A DNA stretch of 63,757 nt, the filler included, from Squatina squatina (Eukaryota), in NCBI GenBank assembly GCA_031763465.1. It is 4 parts of 4 records of this genome, joined end to end, with 100 filler letters (N's around TTAATTAATTAA, not from the genome) between each part and the next. Parts side by side here need not be neighbours in the genome. Positions count along the whole stretch, not along the records: positions 1 to 16,193 come from JARFOE010000069.1; positions 16,294 to 30,839 come from JARFOE010000115.1; 2 more parts are not named here. The stretch is one strand, 5' to 3'. Below, piece after piece: positions 10,597 through 21,215 of the stretch (its first letter is position 1; the number at the start of each line of letters is the position of its first letter). Under the pieces are notes generated by a model. It was not told the DNA's origin. It was given only the letters and a program-made list of their open reading frames with translations, and did no database searches. A program made the translations under genes and the position numbers.

Positions 10597-11030
10597 ATCA
10601 TAGAAATTTACAGCACAGAAGGAGGCCATTCAGCCCATTGTGTCCATGCCGGCCAACAAAGAGATATCCAGCCTAATCCCATTTTCTGGCTCTTGGTCTG
10701 TAGCTTGGTAAATTACGGCACTTCAAGTGCACATCCATGTACTTTTTAAAATGTTGAGGGTTTCTGCCTCTACCACCCTTTCAGGCAGTGAGTTCCAGAC
10801 CCACATCACCCTCTGGGTGAAAAAATTTCTCCTCAAATCCCCTCGAACCTCGTACCAATTGCTTTAAAATCTATGCCCCCTGGTTATTGACTCCTCTGCT
10901 GAGGGAAATGGGTCCTTCCTATCCACTATCTTGGCCCCTCATAATTTTATACACCTCAATTAGGTCTCCCCTCAGCCTCTCAGTTCCAAAGAAAACAACC
11001 CCAGCCTATCCAATCTTTCCTCATAGCTAA
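10597..11030 (-). mobile_element. CR1 LINE 3' end
   Basis: Minus-strand SYEERLDRLGLFSLELR and FFTQRV..WNSLP remnants, plus a CR1 tail. Confidence 0.85.
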
Positions 11031-11130
11031 NNNNNNNNNNNNNNNNNNNNNNNNNNNNNNNNNNNNNNNNNNNNNNNNNNNNNNNNNNNNNNNNNNNNNN
11101 NNNNNNNNNNNNNNNNNNNNNNNNNNNNNN

Positions 11131-11400
11131 TTTAATGCAGTAAAACATCCCAAGGCACTTCACAGCAGCGTGTCAGACAAGATTTGACAGCGAGCCACAT
11201 AAAGCGATATTAGGACCAGTGACCAAAAACTTGGTCAATGAGGTGGGTTTTTGAGGAGTGACTTAAAAAAGGAGAGAGAGGCAGAGGGGTAGAGAGGTTT
11301 AGGGAGGGAATTCCAGAGCTGAGGGCCAAGGCAGCTGAAGGCACTGCCGCCAATGGTGGAGCGAGGGAATTCAGGGATGTGCAAGAGGCCAGAATTGGAA
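11131..11400 (-). mobile_element. L2-clade LINE 3' end
   Basis: Encodes a GGSAFSCLGPQLWNSLPK-type ORF2 C-terminus. Same family as 13775-14135 and 33030-33310. Confidence 0.8.
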
Positions 11401-12039
11401 GTTAGAACTACAAAGAGGTTTGAATTGTATTTCTGTGGGAAGCCTGTTTACCTGAGAGTCAGTTTTGAGCTATCCGGCCAGCAGAAAGGTTCTGTGTTTG
11501 CTGTGTTTAGGATTGTACTAGCCAGTGGAGAAGCTTAGGCTAGTTTTGAAACTGCAACATGTTTCACAGCCAAAAAGTGCGCTTCTCTTTTAAGGTCTCT
11601 GCTTAGATAGGAAATTAGTAGTGTCTTTATTATTTTATGTATCAAGTATTGTGAAGTGATTTACTGTTGTCATGCAATATACTGTTCAGTTGCCTGTTAT
11701 ACTGCTGGTTTAGAGCTTGAGTTGCAGTCTGTTTGAGTCTATATTCAATCTGTTTCAATGATGCATTCCAGTAGCTGGTGTATGGACTGTGTGTTCTCTG
11801 TTGCCATACCTGGGTCTTGTTATTATTTACCTACACATTGGGCAGGAAAAAGTATACTTCGGTTCTTAGGAAATGGAAGGTTTGTTTATTGATTTGCATA
11901 GAAATCTATAAAATGAGACAAATGCGTTATTAATTTTTTTAAATCAGATTTTTTTGTCTTATAGGCTGTTATTCCCCAACTTTTCACTCTTTATAATTTT
12001 TATGCTGTTTTAAGTAATTAGTGAGTAATCTAATGTAGG

Positions 12040-12395
12040 TACTGTAGCCTACTGGCAATGGTATTAGACTAGAAACTCAGAGATTGTGAGTTCAAATCAA
12101 GTTATGAAATTGAATACAATAAATCTGGTCATTTGTAAACTAGCACCAGAAACAAACATGACCATGAACACTGCTGGATTGTTGTAAAAACCCAACTGGT
12201 TCACTAATGTCGTTCAGGGAAGGGAAAGGAACCTGCCAGCTCTCTGCCCCCACCCCACCCCATATCCAATCTGGCCTAGATGTGACTCCCCCACACACTG
12301 TGGTTGATTCTTAATACCATTAGGACAACTAGGGATTGGCAGTAAATGCTGCTTTGCCAGTATTGCCCACATCCCAAGAACAATTTTTTTTAAAT
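12040..12395 (+). mobile_element. tRNA-headed SINE sharing its 3' tail with the LINE at 37230-37575 and 45273-45400
   Basis: gagttcaaatc B-box-like head, ctggttcactaatgtc..cagggaaggg core, and tail caactagggat.ggc..taaatgctg..ttgccag...gcccacatccc. Confidence 0.7.
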
Positions 12396-12521
12396 AGGTA
12401 CATGAAAGTCATAAACATGAATGCTTGCATTCATGAATGTAAATGAGCTAATCTATTACAACTGTAGTGTTCGACAATTCACGTGGTTCAGTTAACTAAT
12501 GTTCATTTTGCCCTTGTACAG

Positions 12522-12685
12522 GAGATGGCCTTTACGTGAATGCTTTTGCCAGAATCCTGAAAGGAGGCAACGCATTGCGACTGCCTGAGACAGCTGAATC
12601 CGGGGGCAGAGATGAGAAATTCTTGACCCGTCAGCCTGACTTTACCAGCCTTCAGAGATCACCTCGATGGACAGATGCATCTTGG
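12522..12685 (+). CDS. Unidentified candidate exon, (G)DGLYVNAFARILKGGNALRLPETAESGGRDEKFLTRQPDFTSLQRSPRWTDASW
   Basis: A branch-point-like ctaat, acceptor ttttgcccttgtacAG and donor TGG|GTAGGG. Only one frame is open. I do not recognise a homologue. Confidence 0.4.
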
Positions 12686-13159
12686 GTAGGGAGCAGGAAA
12701 TGTGGACAGAATAATAATTTCTTTAAATACTTACATTTATATAGTGCCTTATTAAGTCGGCAAAAATGTTTCCAAGTGTTTCGGAAGCAGTGAATTACTT
12801 TTGGACTGTAGTGACTGTTGTTATGCAGGNNNNNNNNNNNNNNNNNNNNNNNNNNNNNNNNNNNNNNNNNNNNNNNNNNNNNNNNNNNNNNNNNNNNNNN
12901 NNNNNNNNNNNNNNNNNNNNNNNNNNNNNCGTCCAGAGCTGGAGCATCTGTTAACCAATACAGAGAGTTGTGTTAAGCACTGCGTCGACTAAGTTATTCC
13001 AGCTCCGCCCTGCACGCGATACATAAAAGCGCTCTAACTTTTAGGGGTTGGGGGTGGGGGGCAGGTCCTACCCTTATATTATTTGGCTACTGTGGGCTGC
13101 ACCTTCTCACAATGGTATTCCACCAAGCCGACGCCATGCTTGAAGTGTTCATGCAATGT

Positions 13160-13556
13160 CCTAATGGAGAGGAGAACACAGAGAGATTTAGTAGAAGTGT
13201 TTAAAATCATGAACGGTTTATTTAGAGTAAACAACGAGGAACTGTTTCCAATGGCCGAGGGGTCAATAATGAGGACACAGAGTGAAGGTGATTTGGCAAA
13301 AGAACCAGAGGTGAATCGAGGAAAAACTATTTTACGCAACGAGTGGCTTGGATTTGGAATGCACTGCCTGACAGAGTGGTAGATACAGGTTCAATAACAG
13401 CCTTCAAAAGGGAATTGAATAAATACTGGAAGGAGAAAAATTGCAGGGATATGGGGAAAGATTGGGGGAGTGGGACGAACTGGATTGCTCTTCGAAAGAG
13501 CTGGCACAGACTCGATGGGCCAAGTGGCCTCCTTCTGTGCTGTAATATTCTGTGAC
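13160..13556 (+). mobile_element. CR1 LINE 3' end
   Basis: RDLVEVFKIMNG...LFPMAEG and WNALPDRVVDTGSITAFKRELNKY remnants, plus the tail. Confidence 0.85.
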
Positions 13557-13774
13557 TCTAAACTCTGTCCCACAAACTGTGTTTGTACTGTTTAGTGTAG
13601 ACCAATCTTTACCTACTTGTGGCCTTCAGACCTTCATAGTTCTGACTGCCTTTGCAGTATACTGTGGTACGTGGTGTCTTAGCAATGGCCTGATTCTCAT
13701 ATTTGTTCACACAGAAATGAAAAGCTTCCCTTTTGCTCCACGTTCAACTCAAATATTTAAACCACTTAAAAATA

Positions 13775-14135
13775 TTCTAACGTACAGCAGCTTTAACGTA
13801 GTAAAACATCCCCAGGTGCTTCACAATGGCGTAATCAGACAACATTGGTCACCGAGCCACATAAGCAGACATTGGGATAGGTGACCAAAAGCTTGGTCAA
13901 AGAGGCAGGTTTTAAGGAGCATCTTAAGGAGGAAAGAGAGGCGGAGAAGTTTGGGGAGGGAATTCCAGAGCTCAGGGCCCAGGGAGCTGAAGGCACTGCC
14001 GCCAATGTTGGAGCGAATAAAATCGGGGATGCACAAGATGCCAGAATTGGAGGAGCACAGAGATCTCGGGGGGTTGTTGGGGCTGGAGATTACAGAGATA
14101 GGGAGGGACGAGGCCATGGAGGGATTAGAAAATAA
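13775..14135 (-). mobile_element. L2-clade LINE 3' end
   Basis: ORF 13821-14117: PRSLCSSNSGILCIP...GGSAFSSLGPELWNSLPKLLR...LLKTCLFDQAF. Confidence 0.85.
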
Positions 14136-14280
14136 GGATGCAAAATTGCTGGACCGGAAGCAAATTTTGTCTGATTACACNNNNNNNNNNNNNNNNNNNN
14201 NNNNNNNNNNNNNNNNNNNNNNNNNNNNNNNNNNNNNNNNNNNNNNNNNNNNNNNNNNNNNNNNNNNNNNNNNNNNNNNN

Positions 14281-14425
14281 GAAGATAGAGAGAGACAGAG
14301 GGAGGAAGAGAGAGAGAGACAGAGGGAGGAAGAGAGAGGGAGGGAGACAGAAGGAGAGAGACACAGCAGAGAGACAGTGAAAGAGAGAGAGGAAGTCAGA
14401 GAGAAAGAGAGACAGAATGGGAGAA
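14281..14425. repeat. GA-rich low-complexity tract / microsatellite
   Basis: gagagagagacagagggaggaa repeated; almost entirely purines on the + strand. Confidence 0.9.
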
Positions 14426-15009
14426 CCAGAGTGGTTAAGAGCCAAGGATTTGGGTAATATCACACACACAGTCTGAGTAGTTTGTGAAATGATCTCAAGC
14501 TGACATCATGCGACTGCAATATCTCCTTTCAGCAATAATTGTGGGGGGTTTAGTGGTAAAATTATATTTAATGTTTGGTTCCTTTCCCCGCCTCTTGGCT
14601 CGGATTCCTTGTGAGTGTGAGGATTGTTCAGGCACTGGCTGTTCTCTCACTCATTCCTCACCGTGTTCACGCATCAGGAGTCACCAGACAGTGATCAGGA
14701 GCAGGAGCCCGAGAACTGCTCACCCAGCAGCAGGCCCCCCCGGGGTTGGAGCCTGGAGCTTGGGCCTTGCCCAAGTTGGTTAGGTTTCTGTATTAAAGCT
14801 TAGGGAACCGAGGCGGGTAGATCAGATCAGCCGCGATCAAACTGAACGGCGGATCAGGTTCGAGGGGCTGAATGACCTGCTCCTGTCCTCATGTTCCAGG
14901 ATGAACCAGCCTGCTGCCTGCAGACAAGATCGTAGCCCAGGGGAGCAGAGTCGGGGCTGCTCACTTATAAAGCGTTTACCAAAAGTTAATCTGAGGCTCA
15001 GCTTCCATT

Positions 15010-15410
15010 AAACAAAGAGCTACCCTCTCCATCGCGCCTTACACCGCCTCGGGTGACCCAATACGATTTCCAGCCAATGAGGTACTTTTTTTGAAGTGTG
15101 GTCAGTGTTGTATTGTGGGAAACGCAGCAACCAATTTGCGTACAGCAAGATCCCACAAACAGCAATGTGATAATGACCCAGATCATCTGTTTTAGTCATG
15201 TTGGTTGAGGGATAAATATTGGCCTCAGGGTGAACTCCCCCTGCTCCTCTACCAATAGCGGCCGTGGGGCCGATTACACACACCTGAAGGGACAGATGGA
15301 ACCTCGGTTTAACATCTCAACCAAAGGATGGCACCTCCGACAGTGCGGCGCTCCCTCAGTACCGCCCCTCCGACAGTGCGGCGCTCCCTCAGTACCGCCC
15401 CTCCGACAGT
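15010..15410 (-). mobile_element. SacSINE1-like DeuSINE ending in a 33-bp tandem amplification
   Basis: Reverse complement of the 8222-8645 family. Confidence 0.8.
15334..15410. repeat. 33-bp minisatellite (cctccgacagtgcggcgctccctcagtaccgcc), at least 2.3 perfect units running into a gap
   Basis: Units start at 15334, 15367 and 15400. Confidence 0.9.
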
Positions 15411-15754
15411 NNNNNNNNNNNNNNNNNNNNNNNNNNNNNNNNNNNNNNNNNNNNNNNNNNNNNNNNNNNNNNNNNNNNNNNNNNNNNNNNNNNNNNNNNN
15501 NNNNNNNNNNAGCGCTATGGCATCACCACTGTAGCTTCCTCGGTGTCGCCGAAACTGATTCGAAACGCATGTGCACTGAAGCCAAGTCAACACGTGCAGG
15601 GTATGGTAGTGTCGTGGTTATGTTCCGGGACTAGCAGCCCAGAGGCTGGACTATTAATCCAGCAAAACACAAGTCCAAATCCCACCAGGGCATTTTTTTA
15701 AATTTGAGTTCACGTTTTTAAAAAAAAAAGCTGGTATCAGTAAAAGTGACTAAG

Positions 15755-16193
15755 TACGTAAAATTAGAAGCAGGGGTAGGCCATTCGGCCCCTCGAGCCT
15801 GCCCCACTGTTCACTAAGGTCACGGCTGATCTCCGACCTCAACTCCACTTTTCCGCCCGCTCCCCATATCCCTTGATTCCCTTAGTGTCCAAAAATCTTA
15901 TCTACCTCAGCCTTGCATATACTCACTGATCACAGCCCGCTGGGGTGGAGAAATCCAGAGATTCACATCCCTCTGAGTGAAGAAATTCCTCCACATCTCC
16001 GTCTTAAATGACCGACTGCTTATCTTGTCTCTGACCCCTAGTTCAAGTTTCCCCAGCCAGAGGAAACATCTTCCCAGCATCTGATCTGCTCTGTTAAAGC
16101 CCCTTAAGAATTTTATATTTTTCAGTGAGATCACCTCTCATTCTTCTAAACTCTAGAGAATACAGGCCGAGTCTACTCCATCTCTCCTCATAG
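15755..16193 (-). mobile_element. CR1 LINE 3' end
   Basis: ORF 15907-16134 remnant SFKTEMWRNFFTQRDVNLW, plus a CR1 tail. Confidence 0.85.
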
Positions 16194-16293
16194 NNNNNNN
16201 NNNNNNNNNNNNNNNNNNNNNNNNNNNNNNNNNNNNNTTAATTAATTAANNNNNNNNNNNNNNNNNNNNNNNNNNNNNNNNNNNNNNNNNNNN
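16194..16293. other. Artificial scaffold linker (N44-TTAATTAATTAA-N44)
   Basis: The 12-mer at 16238-16249 places stop codons in all six frames. The same construct occurs at 30840-30939 and 49900-49999. Confidence 0.95.
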
Positions 16294-16414
16294 CCCCAGC
16301 TGAATTTCCTGGCAGGTGAGATGGCCTCCTCCTGATGCCATTTTATCCAATTGCGCCACATTAGCACCCCTCTGAGGCACTAATGGGGCACAACAGGAGA
16401 TGAATTTTGGCCCC
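16294..16414 (-). mobile_element. Harbinger-type non-autonomous element end
   Basis: The reverse complement starts ggggccaaaatt (TIR-like) and aligns with 44099-44220 (gccccattagtgcctc.gagggg.gctaat...ccatctcacct...ggaaattcagctgg). Confidence 0.6.
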
Positions 16415-17064
16415 CAAGTGTTTTTTCTTAATCTGCTACCTTTGATGGGTACTCCTGCATGGTATGAACATACTTAGTGTTTCATAACCCCAAATGCATG
16501 CTTTTGTTCACATTAAAGGGCATCTCATACACACGCAAGCCTTTCCCTAACTAGGCTAACTTGGGCTGCAGCCTAATAATTTGATTTGAATTACTAACTG
16601 CTGTGCTCATTTTTGTATCATTAGTGAACTTAAGAATGGTTCAGTTAATGCACTTATCTAAATCATTAATGAAAATGTTGAACAGCAATTGTCCCAAAAT
16701 GGAGTCTTTTAAAATAATTACATCTCCAACATAATTGAGGCCAATAATCTGACTCTTGCTCATTGCTGCCAGGGCTCTGCCTTTGTAAAGGAATACGTTG
16801 ATCGTGCTTAATAATATGTGGTCAGTTCATATGAGAAATTTTCTGCTGTTTCAGCATTGTTGCTTATGATGCACCAGGGATGGAATTGGAGGTTGAAAGG
16901 CTGCTGTCTGTATATTTGTGCCAAGGGATTTTCTGGTGCAGTGGGAAGGTACATGGCCAGGGGTGGCATGGGTAGGGGTGATGGCCATTATTTAATATTG
17001 GTGCCTTTCCAAACTGGTGCATTGCCGCTGGAGTGCTGCTCAGTGGCACCATAGGGCAGCCCAC

Positions 17065-17990
17065 TAATTATAACCATTGGTATAGAAGTTGAGTGCAACT
17101 GTGAGTTTGACTGCCATAGACAAATCGGTTGAAGCTCTCGTATGAGTCTGCAGCTCATCCTGTAGGAGTTGGCAGAGTACAGTGATGACATCCTTTTTAA
17201 AGTGGAGTCTTCGAAGGCATTGCTCATCTGTCATGTGGAGGTAGCTGAATTGACATCTGAAGACTCGGTGGGCATTCCTCCTTCTATGTCCCCTTCCCCT
17301 CCGTCCTCTTGGAGGATGCTATAGTGGTCTTGCCTTTGCCACCACTGGTTGAGTTGGCTCTGGATAGTCAGGGGGTTGTTGGGCCTGGTCATGCTGAGCC
17401 GCTGGGGCTGCCTCCTCCCTCGCCTCATTTAGCTGTGCACTCCTCTCTCTCTGTTGCAAGAGGAGCCACTCCGTGTACCTCAGATACCTCATGTGGTGGC
17501 GGTGGAGTTCCTAGTCCACCACCAGTGCAGCCCTGATGGTCGATTTTTGCGAGTTTCCAAAAAATAAAATGATGTGGCAAACGCTGCTGTGAAACTTACA
17601 GAGGGAGGTTCTGAATCAATCGGAATGCCTAGAAAGCCCTTCAAGCACCAAGTCATTGGTTTTTCAATACAAGATGGCTACTCCTCCCAGCTGCTTAAAT
17701 AACGCCCCAAAATACCTCCAGTCCGGGTGTCACCGCCCATAAAACCGGGCACTGTCACCGCTACTTTAACGTCTCACAAACGAAGACCAATTCATGGGCA
17801 GGTGGCCATTTTGGGCACTGCACCTTCTGATGACATCATCGAGTCAATTTTACGGCCGACGCTCCAAGATTAGCGCCCATTTAGCACCACCTGACACCAA
17901 TTTTGCATTGTTGCATTTAGCGGCAAAAACGGGTGATAGACCCCGAACGCCCATTTAGCGCCCATTTAACGACCAATTGGGCACCCTTCA
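17065..17990 (-). mobile_element. PIF/Harbinger DNA transposon remnant: transposase N-terminal fragment and GC-rich subterminal region
   Basis: My minus-strand translation of about 17065-17300 is RVFRCQFSYLHMTDEQCLRRLHFKKDVITVLCQLLQDELQTHTRASTDLSMAVKLTVALNFYTNG, a HARBI1/Harbinger N-terminal pattern. ttagcgcccatttag repeats lie at 17870-17970. Confidence 0.75.
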
Positions 17991-18339
17991 CCTTTACTGT
18001 TGGCTCAGTGCCACCTGCAGGAGTGCTGTGTTGGCATTGTTCTGACGGGCGACTATTTTACCAGTGGCCTGGGTTCTGAATCCAGACCCGCCCAAGTGAA
18101 AGATTTAACCTTAACTGCTGGCTCAGTGCCACCCCGCAAAGTTTGTCTGTGCACTGGGCCAAATTATCTGCTTTGTTTTTCGCGCTGTTACTGAGATTTG
18201 TGTTTGCCAACTTGTGTATTGGTTTCTATTGTTGGGAATCACAAAAGTTCGGAATGTGATTTTCAGTTTTATTTTCCTACGGTGGGGCTTTGCTTCGGGA
18301 ACTCATTTGAATTGGCCCTTTGGTGCAGACAGTGTTGTG

Positions 18340-18519
18340 AGTGCCTCCCTGGAGAAAGTGCTCGGGTGGAATCCGTGTACTGGCATTTTAAAAACCTGCT
18401 GCTGGAGTACGAGCGCTTCTGGGAGTCGTTCTGTCGGTTCTGGGCTGACTGGAGAAGGAAGCACGGGGGCTTCCCCTCCTTGAGGCTATGGTGGGACGTG
18501 GGCAAGACTCACGTCCGTC
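18340..18519 (+). mobile_element. Tx1/L1-clade LINE ORF2 fragment
   Basis: YWHFKNLLLEYERFWESFCRFWADWRRKHGGFPSLRLWWDVGKTHVR resembles the Tx1-type region that follows the endonuclease domain. Confidence 0.75.
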
Positions 18520-18669
18520 NNNNNNNNNNNNNNNNNNNNNNNNNNNNNNNNNNNNNNNNNNNNNNNNNNNNNNNNNNNNNNNNNNNNNNNNNNNNNNNNN
18601 NNNNNNNNNNNNNNNNNNNCCACTGGCTGAAGAAACTAAAAATTCAAATATCGTGAACTCTCCATCATC

Positions 18670-19165
18670 ACAACAACTTGCATTTATTTAGTGCCTTTAA
18701 CATAGAAAAGCATCCCAAGTCACTTCACAGAGATGCAAGGACTAAAAACAGATTGGGAGCAAATGAAGAGGGTATCAATAGAAGATAAGGAGTTGGAAGC
18801 TCAGCTTGGAATTGCATAGGACACAAAGGCTGTGAACAGTCTGGTTAATCTCATGGCAGGAGATGGAGTCAATAACGAGGAGGATGAAGTTTATGGTCGG
18901 GGCAGAAGACAATGGCTTTGGTCTTTCCTATGTTTAAATGTAAGGAATTACAGCTCCTCCAGGTTGACAAACAAATAGTGGCAGTGGAACGTGAGCAGTC
19001 GAAAGGGGTAGCGGAGTGTAATTGTTGTACATGTGGATGTTGAGCCCATGCCTGCAGATGTTGTCAAAGGGAAACGTGTAGATGAGGAAGAGTAGGGGGC
19101 CAAAGATGGATCTTAGGGGTCTCTGGAGGTGACAATGTAGGAGTGAGAAGCCATTGCTAGTGATG
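18670..19165 (-). mobile_element. Diverged L2-clade LINE fragments
   Basis: caacaacttgcattta..tagtgcctttaac tail, and an RT-like remnant (gatgttgagcccatgcctgcagatg..gtagatgaggaagagtagggggcc). Confidence 0.6.
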
Positions 19166-19280
19166 CATTTAAGGGGAACTAGCTAAACATGAGGGAGAAA
19201 ATAAGATAAGGCTATGCCGATAGGGTGAAATGAAGTAGAGTGGGAGGAGGCTCATGTAGAGCATAAACACCGGCATAGAC

Positions 19281-19413
19281 CAATGTTCCCTTCAGTTTTT
19301 TTTTTTGAATGCACAGCCCCTTCAAAATACCGCATGGTTTCCCCCCCATTTAAAAGCTGGCTGAGCGGAAGCTCCAGAGCGCTGTGCGGCCATGCAGCTT
19401 AAAAGGAACATTG
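19281..19413. mobile_element. hAT-type MITE, 133 bp, inserted in a CR1 3' tail
   Basis: TIRs caatgttccctt / aaaggaacattg and an 8-bp target duplication gcatagac (19273-19280) / gcacagac (19414-19421). The host sequence continues across the insertion. Confidence 0.8.
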
Positions 19414-20699
19414 GCACAGACCAGTTGGACCAAATGATCTGATTTATGCTGTAAATTCTATGTAATATCTATGCAATAGCACAAAATTTGCTGGGTTTCT
19501 GTAAGCCTTAGGCATCATTAGCAGTTATTGCACACATTTAATATAGCAAAGTCATTATGGGTTTTCATTACAAACATATGCGGCCACAGCACTTAGAATA
19601 TTTTAATCGCTTAAGTGTGCTCTTGGAGCTGTGGAAGGAAGACACTTGGTCTTAAAAGGTTCATTCTAGATCAACAATTTTAGGCACTTAAACTAATTAC
19701 TTGAGAAGGGAGGGAAGTTATGTGGGAGGGAGGGTGCAGAGTTTTATTTTTCCTTTCTTTCATCTGCGAATTGACTGGAAGCATTCAGAACTTGGGATAG
19801 TCTCAGGCATAAATTTAATATTTTTACTGAAATATAATCTGCTAATAATTGTGCTGAGCCATATTTTCAAAGGGAGTTGACTAGTCAAGCAAAATATTGA
19901 AAATGACATATTTGATATTGTAAAATTTATCTTCATTAATTCAAGGACTGCTGTGAGCTGCAGTGTGAGGCAGCTGGAGGACGGGAGGTTTACGTGAATT
20001 GTGGAACGACTGGTTTTTATTTTCCTAACACTCCTTCATTTGAAGAATGAGGTGACTCACGAGCCAATGAATCCATGCAAATAAATTGTTCCTACAATGA
20101 ATTGTTTTATTGACCCCTTCAGTAAGATCTTAGATGTGGGGGAAATGCAAATCTTTATTTTCATTCAGAAAATTACAAACACACATTTGATGAATCAGTG
20201 TAATTTTTATCACAGTACTTGTGGGAGAATACTCTTTAATGTTGTAATTTCTGGCATGATTGCACGTGTGCTGGAGGCAATGCGCGTCTAAGGGTTGAGA
20301 CAGTGGCCATACATCACCCTTTTATGATTGATATATGTCCTATAGGTGTATGAAAAACTTGCCTAATGTAAAATAAGTCACAGATTTACAGCAAGTCCTT
20401 CCAGCCTATTAAAAAATAGATTTAACACACACACAATTTCACATTATGGTTGTTTTTGAAATTTTACTGCGCCGATTAATAGGAAGTAAGATATTTAAAC
20501 AATAGTAAATGCGTATATAGTACGTGAGATATCACTACAAAATAGCTAATCTTGTTAGTCAGTTGTCAGTTCACCTGAAAATAAATCTGCTTTGAAAATG
20601 GTGCTTATATGGTGTGTGATGCGAATTTATTGTGAGGTGGCATAAAGTGTATATGGTTCTGGTTGTATGTGTCTATTGGTCATCAGTGAAAGGATGGAA

Positions 20700-20791
20700 T
20701 ATAAACAAAAACTGCTGGAAAAACTCCGCAGGTCAGGTAGCATCTGTGGAGAGAAAAACAGAGTTAACATTTCGGGTCAATCCCCCTTCGT
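20700..20791 (-). mobile_element. Penelope-like pLTR fragment, inverted relative to 20892-21215
   Basis: Reverse complement acgaagggggattgacccgaaatgttaactctg...cagatgctacctgacctgc. Confidence 0.7.
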
Positions 20792-20891
20792 NNNNNNNNN
20801 NNNNNNNNNNNNNNNNNNNNNNNNNNNNNNNNNNNNNNNNNNNNNNNNNNNNNNNNNNNNNNNNNNNNNNNNNNNNNNNNNNNNNNNNNNN

Positions 20892-21215
20892 CCCCATTCA
20901 CACCCCACCTCATCTTTTGTTTCTTAACGTGCTCATTATTATCTCCATTTCTCTTGCAACATCTCTTAATGTCTCTTAATCTTTTCTGCCTTCCACCCTA
21001 TCACAGACCTCTCCTTTTGTTCCTCCCTGCCCCTGTGCACTTGCTTAAAAACCTGCTACATTTCTAACTTTTTCCAGTTCTGACGAAGGGTCATCGACCT
21101 GAAACTTTAACTCTGTTTTTCTCTCTCTACACATGATGCCTGTCCTGCTGAGTATTTCCAGCATTTTCTGTTTTTATTCAGATTCCAGCATCCGCAGTAT
21201 TTTGCTCTTGTATTA
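20892..21215 (+). mobile_element. Penelope-like pLTR with a hammerhead motif at 21076-21112
   Basis: agtt-ctgacga-a-gggtc(atc)gacct-gaaa-cttt-aact, followed by gatgcctgtcctgctgagtatttccagca. Confidence 0.7.

Noticed and set aside
13951-14469. Long ORFs with E/R-rich or L/S-rich peptides
   Set aside because: They arise from an antisense L2 fragment, an N gap and a GA microsatellite.
16238-16249. Palindromic TTAATTAATTAA occurring three times (also 30884 and 49944) as a biological motif
   Set aside because: It is always centred in exactly 44+44 Ns and gives stops in all six frames, so it is a concatenation linker.
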